Numbered from the stretch's first letter, positions 1 to 11,859 are shown. The stretch is 34,708 bases of DNA from Octopus bimaculoides (GCF_001194135.2 NC_068982.1:108666840-108701547), one strand, 5' to 3'. The notes: generated by a model not told the origin, from the letters alone. Numbers and translations are program-made.

Positions 1-226
1 CTCTGTGAAGTTACCTCAGTTGAGACAGTATTTCGCTTGAGCCAGTCAGCCTCTTCTCTGTCAGTTGCTCTCACTAACTGCTTTGGCTTACGGAGTTCTT
101 GTTTTTATAACTATCCAAAACTAGCCAGAAGGATAGACATATTGTTGAGAACAATAGATTTCGTTGGGGTCTGTTATCTCTATTCTTGCTTTTGGTGAAA
201 TAGAAGAGGTTAGAAGGGTCAAGTGG
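1..226. repeat. Segmental duplicate, copy A (first block); matches 6330-6555
   Basis: Position 1 aligns with 6330; about 5 differences over ~215 bp by eye. Confidence 0.95.
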
Positions 227-393
227 CAAAGACATTATTCTGCTTAGCGAAGGCATCTGGCAAATGTAACTGCTGTCACTCAAAACTATTGTTTTACAGT
301 GAGAAAAGTGCTGCTGAACAGTTAAATGAAATTTGGCGATTGCAGATCAAATCGCGTTATACCTGCATGAAGTCACTACAAAAGTATTCAGGA

Positions 394-419
394 TTGTTGT
401 TGTTGTTGTTGTTGTTGTT
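394..419. repeat. (TTG)n microsatellite
   Basis: Direct reading. Confidence 0.95.
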
Positions 420-424
420 AATGA

Positions 425-562
425 AAACAAAGTCTGCTGAGGTTGACTTTGCCTTTCATCCCTCTCTGAGTCAATAAAATAAGTACCAGTTGAGTACTGC
501 AGTTGATGTAATCAACTTATCCCCTACCCAAAATTGCTGGCCTTGAGCTAAAATTTGAAACT
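425..562 (+). mobile_element. SINE fragment
   Basis: gaggttgactttgcctttcatcc...aataagtaccagttgag...aaaatttgaaac matches a common octopus SINE body/3' end (recalled, not searched). Confidence 0.7.
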
Positions 563-570
563 ATTGTTAT

Positions 571-604
571 TACTACTACCACCACCACCACCACCACCAC
601 CACC

Positions 605-676
<72 letters not shown>
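571..676. repeat. Compound microsatellite (TAC)/(CAC)n/(TAC)n/(TAA)n
   Basis: Direct reading; explains the poly-L/poly-V ORF 517..735. Confidence 0.95.
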
Positions 677-677
<1 letters not shown>

Positions 678-864
678 TTTTATAAAGATTGATGTAACTC
701 TTCACAAAGATAAATAAACAATAAGAAGAGCACAATGTAATTTTTAATAGAGATTCACTTGGTTTATTGAAAAAGTGAAAACTGATGATTTTTTTTTTTC
801 TTTATCTAAGAAAGAATGCAGGATTTCCTCATTCATATTTTGAATTTCTGTGTTTCTATGTTAA

Positions 865-960
865 CAAGGGATTACCTGTTGAACACTGGAGTCAATGTAA
901 TTAACTTACCCCCTCCCACCAAATTGCTAGTCTTTTGCCAAAATTTGAAACCATTTGAAA
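865..960 (+). mobile_element. SINE 3' fragment, same family as 425-562
   Basis: gtcaatgtaattaacttaccccctccc...aaaatttgaaacc parallels 500-560. Confidence 0.6.
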
Positions 961-964
961 CCAT

Positions 965-1340
965 GATCATTATTTTGTTTTTGTACAACTCATTAGACAG
1001 TTGATAAAATTTACTAACATCAAGCTACAAGAAACCTTAGATGACGAAACCTTTCCTAAGTATACTAGATGTCCCTACTAATACTGTTTTCTGGAACTGC
1101 ACTAAACTAGGTTTTATGCCTATTTCCTTTATCCATCTGTTCGAATATTTAGGGATAGTTCCTAATGCACATATAACTACTGGGATGTATTTTACCCACA
1201 TTTTCCATAACCTCTGTAACTCAGTACTTTGCCATTTTCTCTATACCTCTCAAATTGATTTTCTCATCATTTGTCACTGTAAAGTCAACTACCTGGTTCT
1301 CTCTGTTCACTTTGTCTACAAATACTACTAAATCAGGCCT
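965..1340 (-). mobile_element. 3' end of an RLE-endonuclease non-LTR retrotransposon (R4/Dong-like), decayed
   Basis: Frameshifted translation RPDLVVFVDKVNRE..VVDFTVTNDEKINLRGIEK..TELQRLWKMWVKYIPVVICALGTIPK..IKEIGIKPSLVQFQKTVLVGTSSILRK: PD..D endonuclease motif and the typical C-terminus. Confidence 0.85.
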
Positions 1341-1990
1341 TCATTATTATCGCCGTCGTCGTTGTCATCATCATTTATCATCCATTTTCCATGTCGGCAT
1401 AGGCTGGATGGTTTGACAAGAGTTAGCAAGCCAGAGGGCTGCACCAGGTTCCAGTTGTCTGTTCAAACACGGGTTTTATAGCTAGATGACCGTCCAAATG
1501 ACAACCACTTCACAGAGTGTACTGGGTGCTTATTACAAAGTACTGGCACAAGTGCTTTTCATGTGGCACTGGCACAGGTACTTTGTTTGTGGAACAGGTG
1601 CTTCCTATGTAGTGCTAGCATGGATGCTTTTTTACTTGGAGCCAGCACAAGTGCTTTTTATATGGTACCAGTCCACACAGAGTCACCAAGTGGCTTGCAA
1701 GACAAGGATGTCTCAGCTGGGAGAAGTGGCCGTGTGACAGGCGAGAGGTTGGAGTATGATAGGAGCTGTTTTGTTACAGAAGAAATACTTGGCTACCCCA
1801 ATAGGATAAGGAAGTAGAGAGAGATGGAAGGTCATTGTAGCAGTGGTAGATAATGCAGTGAGGAGATAGCATGTCAATGTACCAGAGGTTGGAGTATTAC
1901 GAGTGACTTCATACCAATCATTCAGGTTGTATTTCTCTGGATGCAGCCTGGGATGGCTGTTAGTTGAGCACCAGGATCACATTGGGACAT
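1341..1990 (-). mobile_element. Non-autonomous retroelement with (GAT)n tail (family of 18184-18855, 25003-25492, 31851-32217), diverged
   Basis: (TCA)n tail followed by reverse complement of the family 3' end; right boundary approximate. Confidence 0.6.
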
Positions 1991-2305
1991 AGAGAATATA
2001 TATGTTCTCTATATATGTATGTGTAGATGTGAACAGTTAAACTAAAGTATAAATCACATCTCATTAGCCGACAAGCTTTGTAATTTAAATTATCATTCAT
2101 AATGTAAACACAGAGACCACATATTTATGAGGAAAGGGACTGTTGATTATACTAGGTTCAGCAGAATCCTGGAACTTATTTTATTGACTCTAGAAAAATG
2201 AAATGTAAAGCTGATCTTGAAAAGATTTAAATTCAGAATGTAAAGATATGCAACTAAATATCAAAGGCTGATGTACTGCCAATCTACCAATGCACTGCTC
2301 TAATA

Positions 2306-2474
2306 CACTAGTGTAGCTAGCGTGTGTGCTATTTGGGGTGGCCCTTCAGTCTGCCACACCTGGGCTGCCACAAAAAGTACATATTGCCTACAGCAGACCC
2401 AAAAGTGGCACCACACCCATAAAAGTGCTGCACATGGCAGACAACCCCTCTGTTCCCCTCTAGCTACACTAGTG
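2306..2474. mobile_element. MITE-like element with 15-bp perfect terminal inverted repeats
   Basis: CACTAGTGTAGCTAG (2306-2320) and CTAGCTACACTAGTG (2460-2474); no clear TSD. Confidence 0.65.
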
Positions 2475-3912
2475 CTTTAATAATAGTTAAAATTATGCTA
2501 CACGTACTACATTGTATACTGAAACACCATCATCTTTTTAATATACAGTATGATACACCATCTTAACCACCATCATCACCATTGTAGGCATTGGTGGCGG
2601 CAGTGGCATCGGCATTGGTGGCGGCAGTGGCATTGTTGTTCTTTTCACAGCTTTGCAAGCAGCATGATCAGGAGCATTCTCTCACCTTCCTCCCAACAAA
2701 GATCAATGCATTTTCATCTTCCTAAAAGAACTTGAAGAATTTAATTTTGGGGCTAAAATACGAAAAGCAACCTTCAGTTCTCAGTTATTCCAATCTAAAC
2801 CCATTGTATCATCTCTTTCACAAACATATGAATGTATTACTCGACAAGTCAACAATAGAGATTGATCAGCAAGAAATAGGAACCAAATTTCACACAAATT
2901 ATCTCACAGTCTCATAATGTGCTTCATAATGTGGTAACTGTACATTATACCTGTGTAGCAAGTCATGAAAGGCGGCAGTATGACATAATGTTTGTTTGCC
3001 CAAACAAGCATAATTGTTGGTATCCCATTGGTTAAAATTACTGTCCATATACGAATTCTAAACTTTTGTCAAAGAAATGTTTCATGAAATACAGTTCTTA
3101 GAATTCGGATATGAGCAGTTATAAAAACCCAGATTTTTGGGAAATTACTCAGTGTTCGTAGGATGTTACTAAACTCCACAACACTCATTCATTGAGATAT
3201 TGGCTATTTTTTATGCCATGTCTATGATAAAAATTCAACAAGACTTATCTGAATTGTTGTGAACTCTAGTAGTTAGTATGAAGGATTAGCTAGTGTGAAT
3301 TTTAAGTCATAATTCTCTATGACAAAATGACTTTACTTTCCAATTGTGCTATAAATGCTAAATGTACATAAATAAACTAATGTGGTAATTATTTTCTCTT
3401 TCTTCACACTCTTCAACTTGTTAATGAAATTTATTTCTGCAATTATGAAACTGTATATTTTTATAGTGATTAAAAGAACACAAATTTATTTATCTTCAAC
3501 ATACATGCACACATAAAATGTCCATTAGCGTTTCAGAGTATATATTTCTCGCTATGGTGTTTATGTAGCTGAAGTCAGGATTTATGTATAATGATAATAC
3601 TTATAAGTAAGTTATAAGTGACATGTTTATCAATATATATTCCTACTTCAAAAGTAAAATATATTTATTATCTATTTCCAAATAGGAAACATATAAAAGT
3701 AGTGTTATACAAACAGTAACCAAACCAGCTACACCTGAAAAGAAGGCAGGCTTGTCATGGCTAAAATACCACTGATCATTAGTTTGTTGAATCAGGGCTG
3801 GCCTCAAGTTAAAAAACAACTACATTACACTACATGGCTGTCCTTACAAAAGAGTACATGATGAACATACATGGACATTGATAAAGAGTACCACTTTTTA
3901 CTTACTTCTTAA

Positions 3913-4068
3913 GATGCAGTAGTGACTGAGTGGTATGTAGCATGCTTACCAACCACATGGTTTTGGGTCAGTCTCATTGCATGGCACCTTGGGCAAGTGT
4001 CTTCTACTATAGTAGCCTCGGGTCGACCAAAGCCTTGTGAGTGGATGGAAACTGAAAGAAGCCTGTCG

Positions 4069-4111
<43 letters not shown>

Positions 4112-4326
4112 GTATGTGTGTGTATATGTTTCTATCTCTGTATTTGTCCCCACTGCATTGCTTGACAACCGATGCTGGTGTGTTTACATCCCTGTAACTT
4201 AGTGGTTCAGCAAAAGAGACCGATAGAATAAGTACTAGGCTTACAAAGAATAAATTCTGGGGTCGATTTGCTCAACTAAGGGCAGTGCTCCAGCATGGCC
4301 GAAGTCAAATGACTGAAACAAATAAA
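3913..4326 (+). mobile_element. Near full-length tRNA-derived SINE, inserted in an exon
   Basis: tRNA-like head (gtgactgagtggtatgtagcatgcttaccaaccacatgg), internal (TA)/(TG) tract, tail ...gtcaaatgactgaaacaaataaag; possible AAGA TSD. Confidence 0.85.
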
Positions 4327-4430
4327 GAAGTAATTTCCAGAGCAAACACATCTAGTTCTTTTAGTGGAACAAAAGGCATTACAATCCAAACATTGATCTC
4401 CTTTTTCACAATCTTCACCAAAGCTTATCT
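4327..4430 (-). CDS. Second Cys-rich EB-module-like exon, interrupted by a SINE (possibly non-functional)
   Basis: Acceptor tacatttcAG at 4432-4431; phase 1; (K)ISFGEDCEKGDQCLDCNAFCSTKRTRCVCSGNYF; orphan GTAAGT donor at 3905-3900 beyond the SINE. Confidence 0.8.
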
Positions 4431-4589
4431 CTGAAATGTAGATTCATTAGTTATTGGAATTCATGTTAATCTGATATAATAAGCATTACAAAACGGGGCT
4501 ATACAGGTAACATTCAAAGAAATTTCCATAATAATATTTCCTTATATACAGACTAAGTAACTGGATTGATCATTAGATAAAATTTAATT

Positions 4590-5238
4590 AGAAAGTGTGA
4601 GCATAAAAGGCATCAAATGTGGTGTGCAAGAGAGATGACTGCACTGGTATGGTTGTGTGGTGCATGAGGACAGCTGTGTAAAGAAGTGCAGATCTCTAAC
4701 TGTGGAGGGAACCTGTGGTAGAGATAGATCCAAGAAGACATGGGACGAGGTGTTGAAGCATGATCTTGAAACGTTGGGCCTCACAGAGGCAATGACTAGT
4801 GACCAAGATCTTTGGCAATATGCTGTGCATGAGAAAACCCATCAGGCCAAGTGAAATTGTAGTTGTGGCCAATGCCAATCTTACATAACTAGCACCCATG
4901 TTGGTGGCACATAAAAAGCAACTTTTGAGTGTTTGGTCTCACAGAAGCAATGACAAGTGACTGAGGCCCTTGGAGATACACTGTGCTTGAGTAGAAAACC
5001 CATCAAGCTAAGTGAAATCATAGTCATGACAGATACTAGTGCTACACAACTGGCACCCATGCTGGTGGCAAGTAAAAGCACCCATTACAGTCTTGGAATG
5101 GTTGGTGTAAGGAAGGACATCTAGCCATAGAAACCATGCCAAATCAGACTGGAGTCTGGTGCAGCCCCTCAGCTTACTAGCCTTGGTCTAGCTATCCAAC
5201 ACATACCAGCATGGACCATGGACGTTAAATGATGAAGA
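4590..5238 (+). mobile_element. RTE-clade LINE 3' fragment with an internal imperfect duplication
   Basis: ORF 4657..4854 EDSCVKKCRSLTVEGTCGRDRSKKTWDEVLKHDL is the RTE C-terminus; ~4780-4925 is repeated at ~4935-5080; tail gacgttaaatgatgaagatg. Confidence 0.8.
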
Positions 5239-5242
5239 TGTG

Positions 5243-5560
5243 CAGGTATAGCTGTGTGATTTAGAAGCTCACTTTGTAACCACATAGTTTCAGGTCCAGC
5301 AAGTGCCTGCTACTAAATCCTCAGGCCAACCAAAGCCTTCTGAGAGAATTTGGTAGATCGAGACTGAAAATAAAGCCTCTTTTTTGTGTGTGCATGTGTG
5401 TAATTATGTGTCTTTATATCTGTGTTTGCACCCTCACCTGCACTATTGCTTGACGGCCAGTGTTGGTGTGTTTACGTCCCTGTAACTTAGCTGTTCAGCG
5501 AAAGAGAATGATAGAATAAGTACCAGGCTTACAAAGAATAAGTCCTGGGATCGATTTCTT
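5243..5560 (+). mobile_element. tRNA-derived SINE, same family as 3913-4326
   Basis: Shared body gtgtttacgtccctgtaacttag...gatagaataagtaccaggcttacaaagaataagtcctggg. Confidence 0.8.
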
Positions 5561-5666
5561 TAAGCATTGTTGCAGTAACCTATATTTATTTTTTTTTTAT
5601 TATTTCTAAGAGTAATCATAATCCTGTTTATAGTTCAATGTCAAAGTTCTGTTGTTTTTAACTTAC

Positions 5667-5789
5667 TTTCTTTACATGTAGATTTATCTTCAAAATAATC
5701 ATCTTTACAGACACACACTTGACTTTTGCAAGTGGTAAATAAAACTTTGCAGTCTGCAACTTTATCACATTTCCCATTGAGTGGTGCTT
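5667..5789 (-). CDS. EB-module-like exon (six Cys), 123 nt, phase 1-1
   Basis: Acceptor gtgtttcattgcAG; (K)APLNGKCDKVADCKVLFTTCKSQVCVCKDDYFEDKSTCKE; donor A|GTAAGT at 5666; Cys spacing C-x5-C-x6-C-x4-CxC-x10-C resembles the Pfam EB module. Confidence 0.9.
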
Positions 5790-6114
5790 CTGCAATGAAA
5801 CACATTAATTACAAAAATTAAATTGTGTATACCAACTTATAATAATAATTATTATATTAAAATTTATGGAACTCAACAACAGAAATAATGCATTTCTGAA
5901 TTGTTAGATATTGCTATTAGATTTTCTCTTATGATGATATATTTTTGTTATTATATTTATTATTCATTATTTTAGGAAGATATCAAGATATTTCTTTCTT
6001 TAAAAATGAATCAGATACATTTTGGAGAACATGCATCAAAATTTCAAGTTTAACAAAAATGTTTATGATCAAAATGTGTTGGAGGGTAACAAAACAAACT
6101 GAAAAAATAAAGAA

Positions 6115-6123
6115 NNNNNNNNN
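6115..6123. other. Assembly gap (9 N)
   Basis: Direct reading. Confidence 1.
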
Positions 6124-6329
6124 NCAACAGGTAGGCTAGTGTAATAGTGTAACACAGTTTGTAAAGCATGCAAAGTAAAAAGAGTTCATTTTGACCTGTA
6201 TATGAGTGTACACAAAGTAGTATATAGAGAGAGATATGGTTATGTTGCAGAGAAAAGAAATTGAGCTAATGAAAGTGAGAGAGTGTGGGACGAGACAGCG
6301 TCTACATTGATTTAATTCCATAGTTGTCA

Positions 6330-6601
6330 CTCTGTGAAGTTACCTCAGTTGAGACAGTATTTCGCTTGAGCCAGTCAGCCACTTCTCTGTCAGTTGCTCT
6401 CACTAACTGCTTTGGCTTACGGAGTTCTTGTTTTTATAACTATCCAAAACTAACCAGAAGGATAGACATAATTTTGAGAACAATAGATTTCATTGGGGTC
6501 TGTTATCTTTATTCTTGCTTTTGGTGAAATAGAAGAGGTTAGAAGGGCAAAGTGCCTATAAATACTACTAAATCAGGCCTTCATCATTATTGTCATCGTC
6601 G

Positions 6602-6641
<40 letters not shown>

Positions 6642-6729
6642 TTATCATCCATTTTCCATGTCGGCATAGGCTGTATGGTTTGACAAGAGTTAGCAAGCCA
6701 GAGGACTGCACCAGGTTCCAGTTGTCTGT
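6330..6729. repeat. Segmental duplicate, copy B: matches 1-226 joined directly to ~1316-1462 (about 1.1 kb deleted)
   Basis: 6330-6555 matches 1-226; 6560-6729 matches 1320-1462, with an expanded (CAT)n. Confidence 0.95.
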
Positions 6730-8225
6730 ATGTATGGATGGCCACAATTTTACTTAGCTTGACATGTCTTCTCAAGCACAGCAAACTGCCAGAAGTCTCA
6801 TTCCCTTGTCATCCCCTTCAGTGAGGCTCAATATCTGAAGATCCTTTCTCACCACTCTGTCCCACATCTTCCTCTATCTACCCCTTTTACAGGCTCCCTC
6901 TACAGTTAAGGATAGGTACTTCTTTATGCAGTTGTTCTCATCCATACACATCACATGACCACACCCGCACATTCTTCTCCCATACACATTACATCTGATG
7001 CCTCTTGTACCTGGTTATTTTCTTAAATTATTTACACTCTGTCGCACATGCACAGTGACATTACCCATCCAGTGGTGTATGCTGGCTACGTTTCTTTCAA
7101 GCCTTCACATATCGTCTATAGTCACAGCCCATGTTTCATTGTCATGTAGCATAGCTGTTGATATACAGATAGCATACAATCTGCATTTCATGCTGAGGTA
7201 AAGACCGGTTGTTATCATTAAAAAGTAGCAGCTCTCTGAATTTTGCCCAGCCCAATCTTATACTAGCAACTACACTTTCAGAGCTTCTACTTCCACTAGT
7301 AACTTACTAACTTCTGCCTCCACTATTAACTTGCTAACTTCCTCCTCCACTGTACCTAGGTAACAGAAGCTATCTACTACTTCTAAGGACCCCCACCCAC
7401 CAGACATTTGAAGAAATCTATTTTCTGTATATTCTTTGTGTTTAGTGTACCTGCACATCTGCCACACACAAAGACTACTTTCCTTGTTAACCGTCCTGTG
7501 ATACTGCTGCACTTTGTATGTATCCATAGCTTGTACTGAGTACACTGTACAGAGTTTCAACCCACATGTTTTCTACATATTAAGTAGGGCCATCTCCCTG
7601 AAGGGATCAGTGATTTACCTGTTTTCTAACATATTAGGACTTTGGTCTTTGCTAAATTAACTCTAAGGCCTTTTGATCCCAGACCATGTTCCACACCTGA
7701 AATTTCTTCTCTAGTTCTGGTAATCATTCAGCTATAAGAATAAGGTCACCAGTGTAGAAGAGCTCCTGTGGGCAGCCAGTCTTAAATTCCTCTGTTATGG
7801 CCTAGAGAACTATGATAAACAAGAAGGGTATGCAAGCCAATCCTTGGTGAACTCCTACTTGTACACTATATTCCAAGCTATTATCATTGCCGACTTTCAC
7901 CTCACTGACTCCATCCCTGTACGTGACTTGTACAGCTCTCACCAACCACTCATCTATTCCTAGCTTCTGCATCGCCCACCAGATAAGAGAGTCAGGGTCC
8001 CCATCCAAGGCTTTCTTCATGTTGACAACAACCAAGTACAGAGGTCTATTTTTGGTTAAATACTTCCCTTGCTGTTGCTTGTCCAAGAAGATAGCATCAG
8101 TAGTGTTTCTTCCAGGCACAATCTCAAACTGCATCTCATCTAGACTAACCCTCTTCCTAACTTTCTGTAACTTTCATCACTTGGTCCAGCAATTTGATAC
8201 CTCTGTAATTATTTCTGTCTAAAGC
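6730..8225 (-). mobile_element. RTE-clade LINE, 5'-truncated and decayed
   Basis: ORF 7802..8134 QFEIVPGRNTTDAIF...KKALDG...IWWAMQKLGIDEWLV...VGVHQG (RT); ORF 7270..7560 LEVVDSFCYLG; 3' end at 6730. Confidence 0.9.
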
Positions 8226-8344
8226 ATCATCTTTACCTTTGTAGCAGTTGACTATAATGTTGCTTCAGCAGTTGTTGGGTATGACTCACAAGGGGACAAT
8301 CTGATTAGCTATACTGGTGACTAAGCCATATCCTACTCTACAAG

Positions 8345-11095
8345 TTTACTTACTGTCAGTATGAATGGTAAAATTCCGCAAAAACTTATACTTCTTACTT
8401 ACTAGCACTTGACTAGGTTCGCATTTGAACCACTTATCAGTATGGTCAAATCCTAGCTTTCTACATAATTTCCAATGGATTATTCTCCCTAATTTGTCAT
8501 ACTTTTTTGTATTCCTTTTGTGCTAGCATACTACATTCATTAACTATATAAGTAACACTTTCGTCCTTTAATTTATATAACCTACATAGAGAATTTACCT
8601 GATTTTTATCTATCTTAGCTTTTATCCAGTTATTCCTCTATGCCTGATCTTATGTTCCTATTAAACTTTCTGTCTCCCTTTTTAGCTTTCCTTTCTACCA
8701 CCACAACCAATTTCACTATTATTATTTTCTGCAACTATTTTTAGAAATCTACCATCAAACCTTTCTCTTATCAGTCAGATAATCTTGCTTCCTTTTTCTG
8801 GCTTTTAATGACACTTGGCTTTTTGGTTTCCCCATCTCCTACTGTTACACTAAAATTTTGTCACTATTACCTACATAGGAAGCTATATCCACTCTAGCTA
8901 ACTCCACACAGTCTTCTACTGATATTAAACCTCTATCACCTTCCTTTGTAGGTAAATACAATCTTGCTACTCCATTCGTATTGAATTTGTTCTTCTGTCT
9001 AGATTTGCTAATTCAAATTTTGTCCAATCTACAAAAGCTGTTGAATATTGAAGTAAGGACAGTGTCCAAGTACTTACAGCCTTCGCCAGATTTGGACCAT
9101 TTAGCTTTGACTTCATTAACTTCCTCACCCATCTGACGTACTTCTTATCAACTTTCTCTTTCATTTCTATAGTTAGTATTCTGTCAGATTCTAATACTCC
9201 TTGATACTTATAACTTTTAATCTCTGGCTATCTGGTTTTTGAATGCTTTCACTACTAACTACATGTACCTTTTTTATGACTAATATTGTACACTTATCTA
9301 TGCCAAATTCCATGTTTATATCATTGCTGAAGAGTCTTACAGTTTTTATAAAAGAATCTGTCTCCTTTTTATTCTTAGTAAAAAGCTTCAAATAATCCTT
9401 GTAGAGAAAATTGTTAATGTTTCCTTTGCTATCTCTGAACTGATACCCTGCCTTTGTCTTTCTTAATACTAAACTGAGTGGGGTTAAAGGTAACACAAAT
9501 ATTAAAGGAGACAATGAGTCTCCTTGGAAGATTACCTCTCTTGATATTAACTTTCCCTAAGGTTGTATAACCTGAGTAAAGTCTACTTTCCATTTTTTTT
9601 GTGTTATAGCTAACTAAATCTTTTATGTTGTCTGTAATATTGAATATACTCAAACATTTGCTTATCCATGAACATGAATTCATGTCATAGGTGTTCTTAT
9701 AATCTATCCATTATAAAATTTTTCTTTCTTGATTTCACTTCTTTTAGAACTGCTTTGTCTATGTTTAATAGATCATAAACTCCTCTAGCCTTCTTCCTGC
9801 AATCTTTCTGTTTTTCTGGAAGTAAATTCTGTCTGTCAAGATGTTCAGAAATGCCTTCTGAGAGCATTTCTGTTAACACTTTGCTCACTAAAGGTAAGCA
9901 AATTATTGGTCTATGATTATTAGCTATATTTCCCTTACTTTTGTCTTTTATAAGGAGTACAGTACTCCCTCTGGTCATCTAGTTAGGTATGAATCCTCCA
10001 TTCAAACAATCCTGAAGCTGTTCTCTCATTCTACCATGTAAGTTTCTAAATATCTTTAACCAATACCCTTGAACTAAATCTGGTCCAATGCTCTTCCAAT
10101 TCAGCATTCTTCCTAAGATGTTATTCATTAATGCACTTGTTAGTTTTAGATCTGTCTGCTTCTCACTAACTATTTCTTCCCTCACTTTCTTTAACCATGT
10201 TGCATCCTCATTATGACCAACTAGTTTATCTCAAATATCACTCCAGAACTTTCTAGCTTCTTCTACATTAGGTTCTTCATCCTCAGTAGTTTCTTCTACA
10301 CTATTTACTTGGCAATAAAATTTCCTCTGGTTTGTCTTTAACAATCTGTTCTGTTGATACTGATCTATTCTTTTCTGATATCTGGAAAGCTTACTAGATA
10401 CTGCTATGATACATTGTTTCAACTCTTCTATGATTATCCTAAATCCTTTCTCTTTAACTAAGTATGTTTTGTTAAGATTTAAATCTTGTATTTCCCACCT
10501 TGTCCTGTTCCTAGGCTTCTATTCTACTCAGATCTTGGCTTAAAATATTCACTTTATTTTGTAATTTCCTTGTCTGCATCAGCTCCTTCCTATTCTTTCT
10601 TCATGGAATACTTAGTCTGCTGGTAACTATCACACCTGCTGCATAGCTCGATAAGTTAGTGTCACCTATATTTATAGTATCTACTTTCATAATAATATCA
10701 AGTAACTTCCTTTTATTAACACCTTTTAATTCTAGTAATCTTTTGCTCTCTTCTCATTACTTCTTTGAACTCACCTAAAATCTTTAGTCACTGGGGTCAG
10801 TTTTTCCCTTCCTGATTGGTAGGACTATTATTTTTTCTTGTAGGCTCGTCCTGACTTGAACTATATCACTTATGCATCTTGTTTCATCCTGGTTTGTGTT
10901 GTTTAGCTGTTCTACTTCTTGGTCTTTCTTTTTTGTCTTGCGATATATTCTACCTCCAATTCAGTCATCCACTTATTTCTCTTAATGGTATTAACCTGGT
11001 CCATTGGTCATACTTTTTTTTTAAAAAGTGCTAACATATGTTTCCTGTAACATCACTACCCTGTTACCTTCACTTGTCCATTTCCTCTTCATTAT
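8345..11095 (-). mobile_element. RLE-type non-LTR retrotransposon (R4/Dong-like) RT body, pseudogenised
   Basis: Colinear fragments SKLSRYQKRIDQYQQNRL, WKSIGPDLVQGYWLK, HRPIICLPL, LYKDYLKL (decayed YMDDLKL), MEFGIDKC, KYKFLRNFTIHTDSK; many stops; 5' boundary approximate. Confidence 0.9.
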
Positions 11096-11199
11096 TCTAT
11101 TATGTACTAATGCTGTCTTAGAATAACAACTGATGTCAGCCTGCATCCGTACTAAACAACTGCCAAGCAAGAGGTCTTCCCTTAAGGAAAGTGGTTTTA

Positions 11200-11850
11200 A
11201 GGGAAGTGGTTTATCAATTCAAAAATCGATATCCACAAAATAATCATACTTTCTGATTTTTTAATGCTACAAACCTTCCTGATGACCGTCTTTGTAATCC
11301 TGAAAAATGTCGTAACCATTAGTCCAGCTGTCTGGTCAGGAAGAGGGAACAAAGAGACAGACAGACAGATGGACATAACACCCACTGTAGTAAGATAGCA
11401 AAACTGCCCGTCTATGATGGGAAATAAAGGGATAGTATCGCAAATCTAAACCCTCTAAATTCATGAACTATACGGGGGGAAATCTAGATTTAATCCTTGT
11501 TGCCGGAATTCTAACAAAAAGAATCAAGGGTGATTTATTAATACAAAACTCAATATCCACTAAACAACCATACTTTTTCACATTTTTTTCACTAAAAACT
11601 TTCCTGATTACCACCTTCATAATCCTGAAAAACATTGTGACCATTGGTCCAGCCATTTGACCGTGAAGAGGGAACAGACAGGTAGACGGACATAACACCC
11701 ATTATAGTAAGATCATTACCTCCGCCATCACTAAGGCAGAGGTATTGTTTTGGATGGATTTGGATGAAACTTTCAGGGATGTTTGGCCTTGTGACTGGCA
11801 CAAACTGAATAGATTTTGGGATCGATCTGGTACCAGAAATCTGCAACCAC
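11200..11850. repeat. Two diverged tandem copies of a non-autonomous repeat plus an adjacent MITE-like piece
   Basis: ~11268-11396 resembles ~11595-11712 (ctgaaaaa..gaagagggaaca..acagacagatggacataacaccc..tagtaagat); the GACA microsatellite and end resemble Helitron-derived short elements (inference). Confidence 0.5.
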
Positions 11851-11859
11851 AATAAAACA

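Noticed and set aside
74-477. ORFs in the duplicated block as possible terminal exons of the gene
   Set aside because: Stops in the frames tested, no convincing acceptor, and copy B has additional disruptions
517-735. Poly-Leu/poly-Val membrane-like ORF
   Set aside because: Translation of a compound microsatellite
2686-2721. 36-nt candidate exon EDENALIFVGRK with plausible AG and GTGAG sites
   Set aside because: Only open in phase 0-0, incompatible with the phase-1 EB exons; no recognisable motif
2730-3160. Minus-strand translation with hydrophobic, GPCR-like or lectin-like stretches (VILTNGIPTIML, TCRVIHSYVCER, ELKVAFRIL)
   Set aside because: Several stops, no diagnostic family motif and no consistent exon boundaries; compatible with chance
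3913-3990. tRNA-like sequence (also ~5243 and ~26862)
   Set aside because: These are SINE heads followed by SINE bodies; no complete cloverleaf
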